64,000 nucleotides of DNA from an uncultured delta proteobacterium (GCA_963803435.1 CAWDML010000004.1:1-64000), one strand, 5' to 3'. Counted from the stretch's first letter, positions 52,605 through 63,483 are shown. Translations and numbers: made by a program. The notes: generated by a model from the letters alone, not told the origin.

Positions 52605-53972
52605 TCAGAGGAGGTTGCAGATGCTCTCGCCGAACTCGCTGCCGGTAAGGCAGTTGACCCGCTGGGTGGCGGACCGGAGCGCGGCCACGTCGTTCTGGTC
52701 GAGCGGCGTCCCATTCTGGATCTTCTGCAGGATGGCTTGCACCTGAGACTTGTCTTCCTCGAGCGCAGTCCGTCCCGCGCTCGACACGCCCAACAGCTCC
52801 ACCATTCCGCCCGGGGCCAGAGCGGCGTCGAGCACCGGCGCGATCGTCATCGCATCCCGGGCGTACTGCTGACCGTTGGCCACGAAGGTAGGCGTGGTGG
52901 CGGCGTTGGCCAGCTCGCGCGTGATCGAGAGCAGGTATTCGGCCTCTCGCGCCATCTTGGGGACGTTGACCGACGCCACCACGTCCTGGGCCGTGTGGTA
53001 GCGCTTGTTTTGCCCGTTGGTGAAGAACAGGGTGGGCACGCTGCGGACGCGGAACGGGTAGTAGTCGCTGAGCGGGCGCACGCCGAACGGGGTCTGCTCG
53101 AACAGGTGATAGCCGCCGAACCCTACCGGCAGCGACGCGGGTACCGTCGCCGAGGTCAGCGCTGCGTCCAGCTCGGGGCTCAGCTCCGCGCCGAAGACGA
53201 AGTGCTGCTCGAAGCCTGGCCACAGATCGCCGCCCACCAGATCCATCACCAGCACCGCGTCGATGTCGGCCAGCGGGATCACCGGATGGTCCACGTAGAA
53301 CTGCGAACCCATGTCGTCGTTGAGGAACGTCGGAGGCTCCTCGGCGTCCCAGAGCGCGATGACCACGCTCCGGGCCGGCGGGCTCGCTGCCAGCTCGCAC
53401 CCGACGCCCAGGGCGATGGCGACGCCGGCCGCGTTGTCGTCGGCGCCCAGGCAAACGCCGCCGCCGCACGGTCCCAGGTGATCGTAGTGCGCGCTCACGA
53501 ACACGTTCCGCGCCCGCAGGCTCGGGTCCGTCCCTTCGATCCAACCCAGCACGTTCGCGCCGGCGCCGGTGGTGATCGGCTGTTCGTAATCGCCGCTGGG
53601 CAAGGCGCCCGGGATGCCGCAACGTCCGAGCTCCTGGATGATCCAGGCCCGCGCCGCCAGGCCGCCGGGCGAGCCCTCGTCGCGTCCCATCCACGCCTCC
53701 GACGCCAGCGTCGAGACCTTGCGCATCAGATCGGCCTCGCCGATGGGCGCGTCCGGAGGCGCGCCGCCGTCGGGCCGGACGGCCGCGTCCTCCCCTGCGA
53801 CGGCGGCGTCCTGATCGGTTTCGCCGGCGTCGGGCTCCGGCTCGGCGCCGTCCTCGACGCTCAATCCTGCGTCGGAGTTGGCCGGCCGGGCGTCGCTCGG
53901 AGATCCCGTTCGATCGGCCTGGCATCCGGCCAACATCAGGGCGGCGGTGGTGAGGACGAGCTTTCCGCGCAT
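52605..53972 (-). CDS. M28-family peptidase lipoprotein
   Basis: Lipobox LAGC; 'SAHYDHLG', 'GADDNAAG', 'DAEE', 'SDY', 'YHT'. Confidence 0.9.
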   Translation of the reverse strand: MRGKLVLTTAALMLAGCQADRTGSPSDARPANSDAGLSVEDGAEPEPDAGETDQDAAVAGEDAAVRPDGGAPPDAPIGEADLMRKVSTLASEAWMGRDEGSPGGLAARAWIIQELGRCGIPGALPSGDYEQPITTGAGANVLGWIEGTDPSLRARNVFVSAHYDHLGPCGGGVCLGADDNAAGVAIALGVGCELAASPPARSVVIALWDAEEPPTFLNDDMGSQFYVDHPVIPLADIDAVLVMDLVGGDLWPGFEQHFVFGAELSPELDAALTSATVPASLPVGFGGYHLFEQTPFGVRPLSDYYPFRVRSVPTLFFTNGQNKRYHTAQDVVASVNVPKMAREAEYLLSITRELANAATTPTFVANGQQYARDAMTIAPVLDAALAPGGMVELLGVSSAGRTALEEDKSQVQAILQKIQNGTPLDQNDVAALRSATQRVNCLTGSEFGESICNLL

Positions 53973-54072
53973 CGCGGGGACGCTCCCGAACATCCGGCAG
54001 GCCGTCAACGGGATCCTGCCCGATGCGACGTCGCGGATGGGGAGGATCATCACGCTGGGCGGCCGAGGCTGC

Positions 54073-54972
54073 TCAGCCGAGCGTGGCGACTGCGGAGGCA
54101 CGCTCCAGCGCTGCTCGATCCCACCCGGCGCGGGTGGCGCCGGTCTGGTAGGTCGCTTCCAGGAAGTCGAGCAAGGCGGCGGCCGGCGAGGCGGCGCTCC
54201 GCACCGAGTCGTAGGGCAGGACGAACTCCGAGAGCTGGCGATGGTAGAGGCGGCTCGTCTGAGGATCCTCGTCAAGGCCGGGCGGTTCTGGAGCCGTGTA
54301 CGAGTAGAACGCCGGCATGCCGAGCCCTGCGCCCGGCCAGAAGCCGGCGCTGATGCACTCGTGCGAGTAGGCTTCGCTGGTGATGGCGCCGCCGCGGCGA
54401 GGCGCGCGCCGTCCGGAGAACCGGGTGCAGGCGAGATCGAAGCTTCCCCAGAAGAAGTGGACCGGGCTGCACTTGCCGAGGAACCGGCCCCTGAACTGCT
54501 GGAAGACCGGCTCGATCGAGAGCAACACGCGCCAGAAGCGCTGGGCGAGCTCGCGATCGTAGGATCGGTGCTGGTCGTCCTGCTCGAAGGGGATCGGGTT
54601 CGGTATCTCCTGCGGCTTCGTGTTGATGGTGACGTGAATGCCGAGGAACGCGAGCGTCGACATCATGCGCTGGTAGAAGTCGGCGACCGCCTGCGGCTCG
54701 AGCGGGATCGACGCCGTTCGTCCCGAGCTGGTCATCACGTCGAGGCGGTGATCGAGGAAGTCGAACTGGATCTCGAAGGCGCCGGATCGGTACGGGATCG
54801 CCGAGGTCGTGAGGCCGCGCTCGTTCACGTAGAGCGCGGTGTGCCACCAGTGGTTGACGCGCGGGGCGAGCATCAACCGGACCTTTCCGGCGATCTGCGT
54901 CCACATGTGGAGCGTCTCGGATGTGTCTCGCCAGGCCTCGAACGGGAGCGCGGGCCAAGATGCATCGGTCAT
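54073..54972 (-). CDS. DUF5996-family protein
   Basis: 'TLHMWTQIAGK..NHWWH', 'SPVHFFWGSFDLA', 'EAYSHE..SAGFWPG'. Confidence 0.8.
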   Translation of the reverse strand: MTDASWPALPFEAWRDTSETLHMWTQIAGKVRLMLAPRVNHWWHTALYVNERGLTTSAIPYRSGAFEIQFDFLDHRLDVMTSSGRTASIPLEPQAVADFYQRMMSTLAFLGIHVTINTKPQEIPNPIPFEQDDQHRSYDRELAQRFWRVLLSIEPVFQQFRGRFLGKCSPVHFFWGSFDLACTRFSGRRAPRRGGAITSEAYSHECISAGFWPGAGLGMPAFYSYTAPEPPGLDEDPQTSRLYHRQLSEFVLPYDSVRSAASPAAALLDFLEATYQTGATRAGWDRAALERASAVATLG

Positions 54973-55105
54973 GCGTCCATCTTAGAGAGCCCGGGCGCTT
55001 GCGGCCGTGCAATCGGGTCGCGGCAGGCCTGCGCGGTGTGGACCGCCGTTCTCGGAACGACGCCGGACATCGCGCACGTGCCTCAGCTTCTAGAGTCCCG
55101 CACCG

Positions 55106-56629
55106 ATGAGAAGTCCGCTCTGGCTCTCGGGTGCGTTGATCCTGGCGTCCTGCGGCGGCTCGGAGGTACCGATTGAGCAGCCCTCGCGCAGCCTCGTCGC
55201 GCGCGTGGTCGACGTCACGGACGGCACGCCGATCGCCGGCGTCCGCGTCGACGTGGAGGGCACGACCGAGAGCACGCGCACGGACGGCGACGGCCTGTTC
55301 ACGGTGGAGCTGACCGACGCCGAGCAGCTGGGCCTCCATGCGGACGGCTACCTGGAGGAGAGCGTGCATGCGCCCTCGTTCACGGACGGCGCGGTGACGG
55401 CCGTGTTTTCGCTCTATCCGGCCCGCTCGCCCACCGAGGAGGAGCTGCTCCGGCTCGCGCCCCTCGGGACCGGCGCCGATGCGCCCGACCAGGGCTCGCT
55501 CGCGCTCGACGCGCTGGGGGCGCCGGGGGCGCTGACGCCGTCGGGAGGTCTGACGCTGCCGGCCACCCTCCGGGTCGGCCGAACGTTCGTGAGCGGCGGC
55601 GGTTGCCCACCGGTCCAGGCGGTCGAGGAGATCAGCCTGGAGAGCTACGTCAAGGGCGTCGTCACCGCCGAGATCGGCGTCTTCCGCTGGACCACCGGCG
55701 GCGGGGATACGGCCGCCATGGAGGCGTACAAGACCCTGGCGGTGGCGGCGCGCTCCTACGCGCTCTACTTCTATCTCCTGAACCCGGCCGGAAACTTCAC
55801 GGCCACCATCGGCGGCCACACCGTCCGGTACCACATCAACGACACCGCCTGTCACCAGCGCTACGACGACGCGCGCCATGCGCCGATCGGCGCGGCGGTC
55901 CAGGCCACCGAGGGCGAGATCCTCGCCAACGCCGGCGGGGCGAGCATCGACAAGTACGAGTACGCCGCCAGCTGCGGCCGCCACGGCACCCAACCGGAGC
56001 ATCGCACCACGCTGGTGGCCGATCTGCCGGGCGTGCGCGCGTGCGTGGGGAGCTGGTGCGGGCACGACACCTGCGCCGGCCATCAGGGCTGCCTGGTGCG
56101 CGGCATCTGCCAGTGGGGCTCGCTCGAGCGGTCGAAGAAGGGCGACGGCTACCGCCAGATCCTCGCCCACTATCAGCCGGACCTCGTGCTCCTCGAGCCG
56201 GGCAACCCGAACCCGCCGCCCACGCCCACCGTCATCCGGGTCGACAACTCCGGCGCCCGCTTTCGCGCCTCGTCCGGCTGGGGCACCAGCAGCTATGCCG
56301 CCGGGCGCATCGGCGCCGACTATCGCTTTCGCTCGCCGCAGGCGGTCAGCGATCTCGCGGAGTACAAGTTCGACATCCAGACGGCCGGCCGCTACGAGGT
56401 GTTCGCGCGGGTCCCCGGCAACGGCTACAACGACGACGCGCCCTTCGTGATCCACCACCGCGGCGGACGCACCGTGGTGCGCCGCGATCTCTCCACGTCC
56501 GGCGCCCAGTGGGTGAGCCTCGGGACGTACGACTTCGACGCGAAGGACGACTGGATCGTGCAGGTCTCCTGCTGGACCACCGGCACCGGCTACGTCATCG
56601 CCGATGCGATCCGCCTGAACAAGCGCTGA
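55106..56629 (+). CDS. SpoIID/LytB-domain lipoprotein with N-terminal carboxypeptidase-regulatory-like and C-terminal golvesin/CBM-like domains
   Basis: 'LESYVKGVVTAE', 'AVAARSYA', 'GICQWGS', 'YRQILAHY'. Confidence 0.82.
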   Translation: MRSPLWLSGALILASCGGSEVPIEQPSRSLVARVVDVTDGTPIAGVRVDVEGTTESTRTDGDGLFTVELTDAEQLGLHADGYLEESVHAPSFTDGAVTAVFSLYPARSPTEEELLRLAPLGTGADAPDQGSLALDALGAPGALTPSGGLTLPATLRVGRTFVSGGGCPPVQAVEEISLESYVKGVVTAEIGVFRWTTGGGDTAAMEAYKTLAVAARSYALYFYLLNPAGNFTATIGGHTVRYHINDTACHQRYDDARHAPIGAAVQATEGEILANAGGASIDKYEYAASCGRHGTQPEHRTTLVADLPGVRACVGSWCGHDTCAGHQGCLVRGICQWGSLERSKKGDGYRQILAHYQPDLVLLEPGNPNPPPTPTVIRVDNSGARFRASSGWGTSSYAAGRIGADYRFRSPQAVSDLAEYKFDIQTAGRYEVFARVPGNGYNDDAPFVIHHRGGRTVVRRDLSTSGAQWVSLGTYDFDAKDDWIVQVSCWTTGTGYVIADAIRLNKR

Positions 56630-56641
56630 TCCCGCCCCGCC

Positions 56642-58018
56642 TCAGACCGGATCGATCGAGCGGTCCCGCGCGATGTGATACCGCTCGAGGATACGCGGCG
56701 TCGCCGCGCGGACCTCCGCCGGGTCGAACATGATGATCCCCTGCGAGGAGGTCTCGATCTCCACGCGGTCGGTCGATCCCTCCACGACCGCGACGAAGTC
56801 GGCCATGTCCCGAGGCATGCGCCCGTTCACCGCGATGACGCCCTCGTTGTAGAGGTGGGCGTAGCCGAGATTGATCTCGTCGGCCAGGATCTGGGTCAGC
56901 GTGACGACCTCCCGCCGATCCGCGCTGCGCTCGCCCATGTAGTAGTGGCAGAGGAACTCCTTCGGCGCCTTGTTCCACCACTCGTCCCAGGTCGCCAGGA
57001 AGTCGCGCGTCAGCGTCTGGAACACCAGCCCGGCGTAGACGAAGTACTTGGGGAGCTTGTCGTGCGAGAAGCGCGGCACCAGGAAGTCGAGCGGCTTGAG
57101 ACCGACGCGGACCTTCCTGCGCTCACCGTCGCGCTGGATGGTGAGCTCCAGGAGGTCGCCGACGTAGTGATCCGAGAGCAGCACGTCGTAGCGGGTGCGA
57201 AAGCGCTTGCGGTAGCGGATGGTCCCGTTGTTCGCGATCGGGTGGCCGTCCACCTCGAGCAGCACGTCGCGGGGCTCGAGCAGCCCGTAGCAGGACCCCT
57301 CGAAGTCGACCTTCGAGACCAGCACGCCGCTGTCGCGGTTGGTGAGGCCGACCTGCTCGCGGAGCTTGCGGTTCTCCAGGTTCTGGGTGCGCAGCCCCAG
57401 CCCGGGCACACGCTCGTGACGTCCGATCCGCACGCCCTCGAGGAAGTGGCGGATGATCGGCGCCGGGACGATCTCGCCGATGTTCTCCGCGTTCGAGAGC
57501 ACCTGGAACGCGATCCCGACCACCCGGCCCTGCATCAGCACCGGCCCGCCGCTGTTGCCTTCGTTGATGGCGGCGTCGACCGTCACCGCCAGGAGCGATC
57601 GCTGCGAGTGGGTATAGCGCTGCATCTCCACCCGGGAGACGACGCCCTCGGTAATCGAGATCTCCTCACCGCCGATGGGGAAGCCGACCACCGAGACCTT
57701 GTCCCGCAGATCGGGCAGCTCGCCGATCTCCACCGGATCGACGTCCTCGAGGAAGCGATCGTCGATCACCTCGAGCAGCGCGAGATCGGCGTCGTGGCAG
57801 ATCGCCTTGACCTGCGCGATCGCCTTGTCCGGATCCGAGATCTTCTGCACCTGGATGAAGGTGGCGTTCGCGACCACGTGCGCGCCGGTGAGGATCTCGT
57901 TCTTGCCCACGACGACGCCGGAGCCGGTGCCGTTCGTCGGCGATCTCGACTGCCAGGGTGAGTCGTAGTCCGGATCCTGCGTGGTGGCGAAGACCTTGAC
58001 GACCTCTCGATGCGACAT
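56642..58018 (-). CDS. HtrA/Deg-type serine protease (plant Deg2/9/10-like) with PDZ domains
   Basis: 'LTGAHVV', 'DLALL', 'DAAINEGNSGGP', 'YFVYAGLVF'. Confidence 0.88.
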   Translation of the reverse strand: MSHREVVKVFATTQDPDYDSPWQSRSPTNGTGSGVVVGKNEILTGAHVVANATFIQVQKISDPDKAIAQVKAICHDADLALLEVIDDRFLEDVDPVEIGELPDLRDKVSVVGFPIGGEEISITEGVVSRVEMQRYTHSQRSLLAVTVDAAINEGNSGGPVLMQGRVVGIAFQVLSNAENIGEIVPAPIIRHFLEGVRIGRHERVPGLGLRTQNLENRKLREQVGLTNRDSGVLVSKVDFEGSCYGLLEPRDVLLEVDGHPIANNGTIRYRKRFRTRYDVLLSDHYVGDLLELTIQRDGERRKVRVGLKPLDFLVPRFSHDKLPKYFVYAGLVFQTLTRDFLATWDEWWNKAPKEFLCHYYMGERSADRREVVTLTQILADEINLGYAHLYNEGVIAVNGRMPRDMADFVAVVEGSTDRVEIETSSQGIIMFDPAEVRAATPRILERYHIARDRSIDPV

Positions 58019-60759
58019 CACGGAAGAGCCTCGATCTCGAGTGTGAAGGTACCGCTGCCCGCGTAGGCATCGACGATGACGTAGTAGGTTCCGGCCGCGG
58101 GCTGCACCCACGTCACCTCGGGGAGAAGGATCTCTCCGAAGCGCACGTCGTCGTTGCAGACCTCCTCGAGCGAGGCCTCGCACTGGGCGTGACGGATGGC
58201 GAGGGCCGGATCGAAGCGCGCGTCGACGATGCGCGCGGTCAGGGACGATCGATCGAGCGGCAGGTCGATCCGGTAGACCACGTCCCGGTCCGACTCGCCG
58301 AGGCAGGACGGCGAGATCGTGTCGTTGGCGGCGCCGGTGGAGGCGACGATGGTGGCCCGGCCCTCGGCGTCGAGGACAATCGGGGCGGCGCCGGCGCAGG
58401 TGTCGTTGGCCGGCACCGGCACGCAGAGGTAGTCGTCGCAGCGCAGGTTGCCGGCGCAGTCGCGGTTCGACAGACACTGGGGATCGAGGACGGTCCGGAG
58501 GTCGTAGATGCCGCGATCGTCGGCGTCCAGACCGTCCACGTCGATGAAGTAGGTGGTGGGGTTCGCCGGCGACAGGGCGGCCTTGGCCACCGGATCCACG
58601 TACGAGATCGCCTGCGCGGTGGTGCAGGTGGCGGTCATCTGCCCGCAGTCGGTGGCGATCCACAAGAGCCCGCCGCGCGGTCCCGAGAGCTCGAACGCGG
58701 CACGCTGGCCGCCGTCGAGGCGCAGCCGGTAGAAGGCGTCGCGGCCCTGGGCGTCGTCGTCGAAGAGGCCGCAGCCGAAGCCGGTCGCCTCCACCGTGTT
58801 GGTGGCGCCGTAGGTCGAGACCTCGAGGTCGCCGCTGGCCGCGATCTCGATTGCGGCGGCACAGCTGTCGTTCGGCGGCAGCGTCACGGGCTCGACCTCG
58901 ACGTCGAGCGTGAAGCTCGAATCCTCCGAGGGGCCGTCGCTCGATACCAGGAGGTAGACCGGGCTGGCGTCGTCGAGCGGAAGCTCCACCTGAAGCGCGC
59001 GCCGGGGGAGCTCGGCCGAGTCGCAATAGCGCGTGATCGCGTCGTCGGTCGCGCAGCCCGAGACCACCGCGGCGGTGACCTCGGAGGCCGAGCCGGGCGC
59101 CGGCGTGATCAGCGCGCGCAGCAGGCTCGGCGCGCTCGCCGGCTTGATCCGGTAGAGGAGATCGTGCCGGCGGGTGGCCGCGTACAGATCGGGATCGCAG
59201 CGGGGCGCGCCCAGATCGACGGCGGCGGCCAGGTCGCCCTGGACGGTGGCCGAGCCTCCGACCAGCGGAAGGTCCGTGGCGTCGCGGCAAGCCCGGAAGA
59301 AGGTGCCGAGCCGTGCAGTGATGTCGAGCAGGTAGTCGACCCCGCCGGAGGGCGCCAGCACCGCGCTGGTACGGAGCGCGAGCCGTCCGCCGGAGGCCAG
59401 CCGGCCGGTGTCGAGCGACTCGCTGCTCGTGTCGGTGCTCCGCCCGGCCGCGAGGGTGGCGCTGCCTGCGTAGGCGAAGAGATCGAGGTTGGCGTGCGTG
59501 TCCGGGTCGTACGAGGCCCCGATCAGGATCTGGTCGTCCGGCGCCGAATCGATCGCGAGGAAGTCCTCGTCCTCTGGACAGGCCGTGGCCAGATAGGTGC
59601 GGTTGCCGTCGACCGGGAGGGCGCGGGACGCCTCGCGATCGCCGTACTGATCCAGCGCATCCCCGGGACAGAGCGGCGTGATCCGCTGGAGGTCGAGGTC
59701 GTAGTGCCCGGCCTGATCGAGGCTCTCGATCCGGAGCCGGAGCTTGCGGTCCAGAGTCGCGCCCGTCGTCAGATCTCTCCCGGGGGGCGTGACTTCGACG
59801 ACGGTGAGGCCGGGCAGCGTCAGCCAGCGCGCGTCGCTCACCACCTGACCCGCCTCGTCGAACAGATCCATGACCAGCGTCGCCGCGCTCCGCGTGGAGG
59901 TGAGCGCGATCCGAGCGCCCTCTCGGCCGGCGATGTCGAACGCCCACCAGGAGACGCCTCGATCGTCGCAGAGCCCGAGCTCCTGGTAGTAGGCCGCCTG
60001 CAGCCGGACCGCGTTCGCGATCGTGTCGCCGCCGTCCGTCCTGCAGCTCGATCGGCGGACGCATCGCTGGCTCATGCACTGATTGTCCGGGAAGCAGTGC
60101 TGATCCGTGCTGCAGGTTGGACGCTCTTCACAGGCCCCGTCCTGGCATGCGAGCTGGCGCGGACAATCCGCGTTGGTGGTGCAGGTGGTGCAAGCGCCGC
60201 GGGTCGCGTCGCAGAGACCGGCCGGCCCGCAGTCGGTGCCCTCGCGGCACGAGGCGACCAGCGCGATCGTCCTGGCCGCCGCCGCGGTCTCGCCCGGACC
60301 GCACTCGTCGGCGTCGAGGCAGGTCGACTCGAGGTTACCTGCGACCGCCACCGCGGCCGTCACGCAGTAGCCGGCCGCGGTGCAGATCTCGTTGGCGCCA
60401 CACTCGGCATCCGAGGCGCACACGGCGCGAAGGCGTGAGAGGCCGGTACACAACCCGGCGTCGATCGAGCTGGTGGCGACGAGCGGCCGGGCGCAGCGAT
60501 CGGGGAAGGCGCACTCGTCGGTGGAGGTGCAGTGCACCGGGCGCTTGCGGCATTGATCGGCGGCGCAGTACTCGCCGGCGGCGCACTCATCGTCGCGAGT
60601 GCACGCTGCGTTGCCGGCGTCCGTGCCCGCATCGCCTCGACCGGCGTCGAGGAACGGCTGAGCGTCGGGGAGCGACGCGTCCAGCGGCGGAAGATCCGGC
60701 GGCTCGACGGTACACGCGGAGACCAGCGCGATCGGAGCGAGCGCGAAGAACGCCTTCAT
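58018..60759 (-). CDS. Large Cys-rich lipoprotein with repeated beta-sandwich (PPC-like) domains
   Basis: Lipobox VSAC; 'C..D..C' repeats; 'NDTC..A', 'GTYYVIVD'. Confidence 0.75.
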   Translation of the reverse strand: MKAFFALAPIALVSACTVEPPDLPPLDASLPDAQPFLDAGRGDAGTDAGNAACTRDDECAAGEYCAADQCRKRPVHCTSTDECAFPDRCARPLVATSSIDAGLCTGLSRLRAVCASDAECGANEICTAAGYCVTAAVAVAGNLESTCLDADECGPGETAAAARTIALVASCREGTDCGPAGLCDATRGACTTCTTNADCPRQLACQDGACEERPTCSTDQHCFPDNQCMSQRCVRRSSCRTDGGDTIANAVRLQAAYYQELGLCDDRGVSWWAFDIAGREGARIALTSTRSAATLVMDLFDEAGQVVSDARWLTLPGLTVVEVTPPGRDLTTGATLDRKLRLRIESLDQAGHYDLDLQRITPLCPGDALDQYGDREASRALPVDGNRTYLATACPEDEDFLAIDSAPDDQILIGASYDPDTHANLDLFAYAGSATLAAGRSTDTSSESLDTGRLASGGRLALRTSAVLAPSGGVDYLLDITARLGTFFRACRDATDLPLVGGSATVQGDLAAAVDLGAPRCDPDLYAATRRHDLLYRIKPASAPSLLRALITPAPGSASEVTAAVVSGCATDDAITRYCDSAELPRRALQVELPLDDASPVYLLVSSDGPSEDSSFTLDVEVEPVTLPPNDSCAAAIEIAASGDLEVSTYGATNTVEATGFGCGLFDDDAQGRDAFYRLRLDGGQRAAFELSGPRGGLLWIATDCGQMTATCTTAQAISYVDPVAKAALSPANPTTYFIDVDGLDADDRGIYDLRTVLDPQCLSNRDCAGNLRCDDYLCVPVPANDTCAGAAPIVLDAEGRATIVASTGAANDTISPSCLGESDRDVVYRIDLPLDRSSLTARIVDARFDPALAIRHAQCEASLEEVCNDDVRFGEILLPEVTWVQPAAGTYYVIVDAYAGSGTFTLEIEALP

Positions 60760-60823
60760 CGAGACCCGGCATGTCACAGAAAGACTCTTACCAACAAACC
60801 TCCTCTGAGCTACACCGTCCCGG

Positions 60824-62329
60824 ATGACCCAGATCCTCACCCGGGCGCAGATGCAAGAGGCCGACCGCATCGCGATCGAGGAGGTCGGCATTCCATCGCT
60901 GGTACTGATGGAGGTCGCCGGGCGAGCCGTTGCGGATGTGGCCGAAAGGCGCGCGCGAGGGCGCTCGGTGCTGGCGCTGGCCGGTACCGGGAACAACGGC
61001 GGGGACGCGGTGGTGGCGGCGCGCCACCTGAAGGAGCGCGGCCTGGACGTCACCCTGGTCGTGCTCGGTGACGAGGAGGCGGCCTCGCCCGACCTTCAGG
61101 CCCAGCTTCACATGGCGCGCGCCCTGGGGATCACGCCGGAGGTCCTCGCGGGCTCGGAGGCGCCGCTCGAGCTTGGGCCCCTGGTCGAACGCCACCCGGT
61201 GCTGCTCGACGGGCTCTTCGGTACCGGTCTGTCTCGCCCGATCGCGGGGTGGCGTGCCGAGGCGATCGAGATCGCCGACGCTTCCCGCGCCGAGATCGTG
61301 GCGATCGACGTGCCCTCTGGGATCGATGCGGACACCGGCGCCGTCCTCGGCGTCGCATTTCATGCGGCCGCGACGGTCACGTTCCAGTGCCCCAAGTTTG
61401 GTCACGTCCTGTTCCCTGGGCGCGCGCACGCGGGCGAGCTTTCGGTGGCGGACATCGGAATTCCGCCCTCGCGTCTCGTCGAGGTGGCGCCGTTCGGCGA
61501 GGTGATCGAGGACGACGTGGTCCGTGAGGCCTGGCCGGCGCGCGCGGACGACACGCACAAGGGCACGTACGGTCACCTCTTGGTCGTCGCAGGCGCGCGC
61601 GATCGACCCGGCTCGATGCTGCTCGCGGGACGCGCCGCGCTGCGGGCGGGAACCGGGCTGGTCACGGTGGCGAGCGACGACGAGACGATCCGGAGGTGCG
61701 CCGGCGCCTTCGACGAGCTCATGGGTCGCTCGCTCGGAGCCACGATCACCGCCGACGCCGTGCTGGCCGCGCTCGAGGGACGCACCGCGCTCGCGATCGG
61801 CCCGTCCCTCGATCCGGATCCAGCGCTCGTCCAATCGATCCTCACGCGGGCGCGCGTCCCCGCGGTCGTCGATGCCGGCGCGGCGGCGGCGCTGGGCCCG
61901 GATCCCTCGTGGCTGGCCGGCCGCACCTTTCCCACGATCTTGACTCCGCACCCGGGCGAGATGGCCAAGATGCTCGGCACCGACACGCGGGTGATCCAGA
62001 AGGATCGCGTGGGCGTGGCCCGCACGGTGGCGCGCTCGACGGGCGCCTTCGTGGTGCTCAAGGGGGCCTCGACGGTGGTCGCGAGCCCCGACGGACGGGC
62101 CGGCGTGTCGCTCCGAGGCAACGCCGGCATGTCGACCGGGGGCGCCGGGGACGTGCTCACCGGGATCGCCGGGGCGCTCCTGGCGCAGGGGGTCGATGGG
62201 GAGCTGGCGGCGCGGGCTGCCGTCCAGGCCCACGCCCGGGCGGGCGATCGCGCGGCCGCCGAGGTCGGAGAGGTTCGGTTGGTCGCCTCGGAGCTGATCC
62301 GCTGGCTCCTCGTAGGGGAGACCGGGTGA
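60824..62329 (+). CDS. nnr: Bifunctional NAD(P)H-hydrate epimerase/dehydratase
   Basis: 'GNNGGD', 'DGLFGTG', 'DVPSG', 'HKGTYG', 'LTPHPGE', 'GAGDVLTG'. Confidence 0.93.
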   Translation: MTQILTRAQMQEADRIAIEEVGIPSLVLMEVAGRAVADVAERRARGRSVLALAGTGNNGGDAVVAARHLKERGLDVTLVVLGDEEAASPDLQAQLHMARALGITPEVLAGSEAPLELGPLVERHPVLLDGLFGTGLSRPIAGWRAEAIEIADASRAEIVAIDVPSGIDADTGAVLGVAFHAAATVTFQCPKFGHVLFPGRAHAGELSVADIGIPPSRLVEVAPFGEVIEDDVVREAWPARADDTHKGTYGHLLVVAGARDRPGSMLLAGRAALRAGTGLVTVASDDETIRRCAGAFDELMGRSLGATITADAVLAALEGRTALAIGPSLDPDPALVQSILTRARVPAVVDAGAAAALGPDPSWLAGRTFPTILTPHPGEMAKMLGTDTRVIQKDRVGVARTVARSTGAFVVLKGASTVVASPDGRAGVSLRGNAGMSTGGAGDVLTGIAGALLAQGVDGELAARAAVQAHARAGDRAAAEVGEVRLVASELIRWLLVGETG

Positions 62330-62796
62330 GAGCCCGCTCCCGGGCCGACACCCAGCGACTCGCAGCACGCCTCGCTCACCGGCTGGCGCCGGTCGCGACG
62401 GCCCGGCCGGACGGGATCCTGATCGGGCTCACCGGTGACCTGGGCGCGGGAAAGACCACGTTCGTCCAGGGGTTCGTGGCGGCGCTCCCGGGCGGTCGGG
62501 GGCTGTATGTGACGTCCCCGACCTTCGCGATCGTTCAACAGTATGGGACAGAGCCGCCCGTCCGGCACCTCGACCTGTATCGGATTTCGACCCTCGCGGA
62601 GCTGGAGGCGATCGGCTATCGAGAGCAGTACTTCGCCCCCGGCTTCACCTTGGTCGAATGGGTCGAACGCGTGGAGGAGGCAGTGCCTTCGGAGTGGATC
62701 GAGATTCGCCTTGCCGTGGACCCGTCGGACGTGCGCGAAATCCACGTCCGCCCGCACGGCGAATCCTTGGTCGAGGTCGTTGGGAAGTTCCGATGA
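62326..62796 (+). CDS. tsaE: tRNA threonylcarbamoyladenosine biosynthesis ATPase
   Basis: 'GDLGAGKTTF', 'SPTF', 'HLDLYR', 'VEW'; follows nnr. Confidence 0.93.
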   Translation: MRARSRADTQRLAARLAHRLAPVATARPDGILIGLTGDLGAGKTTFVQGFVAALPGGRGLYVTSPTFAIVQQYGTEPPVRHLDLYRISTLAELEAIGYREQYFAPGFTLVEWVERVEEAVPSEWIEIRLAVDPSDVREIHVRPHGESLVEVVGKFR

Positions 62797-63458
62797 GAGC
62801 GGTGAGCTTGGGCCTGATGGGATTGGTCGCGTTCGGCTGTTCGAGCCCGATGGGGGACGACGATCCGATGGATGCCTCGGTCGCCGACATGGCCACGCCC
62901 GACGGCGGCGTGCGCGCCTTGTGTCCCGCGCTCGAGACGCCGGAGTGCACCGCGGCCGAGGCGTGCGGCGAGGTGATCGATCGACAGTCGAACTGCAGCG
63001 GGTGCTTCGCGTCCAACCGATCGCTCTGCTTGTTCGGCGCGTGCGAGAGCCCCGCAGTGCTCGCCACCTCGAACCCCGTCAACGTTCGATTCACGGTGAC
63101 GGCCGCGCTCGCGCCCCAGGTGATGAGCTTTGCGACCGCAGCGATTGCAGCCGAGACGGCCGGAGGGGCCGAGGTGGGATGCGACCAGGTGTATGCTGGA
63201 GAGGTCGATCTCACCAGCGGCTGCTACAACATCGTGGACAGCCGCGGCCTGATGGCCTCGATGATCGGGCAGACCTATCCCGCGATCTTTTCCAAGCTGC
63301 CGACGGAGCGGAAGGTTCTGCTGCTCATCTGGGGCTACGGGGAGGGGCTGGCCTCCATGGGTGACCCCATCGGCATCTCGTGCACGGCGATCGACGTGGG
63401 CGGACCCGACGGTGACGGGGTAGACGTTGAAGGTGACATGATGCGCCCGATCCAGTAA
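62793..63458 (+). CDS. Hypothetical Cys-containing lipoprotein
   Basis: Lipobox AFGC; ATGA overlap with tsaE. Confidence 0.7.
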   Translation: MRAVSLGLMGLVAFGCSSPMGDDDPMDASVADMATPDGGVRALCPALETPECTAAEACGEVIDRQSNCSGCFASNRSLCLFGACESPAVLATSNPVNVRFTVTAALAPQVMSFATAAIAAETAGGAEVGCDQVYAGEVDLTSGCYNIVDSRGLMASMIGQTYPAIFSKLPTERKVLLLIWGYGEGLASMGDPIGISCTAIDVGGPDGDGVDVEGDMMRPIQ

Positions 63459-63483
63459 GCGGGGCGCTTTGAGAGAGTTCCAC

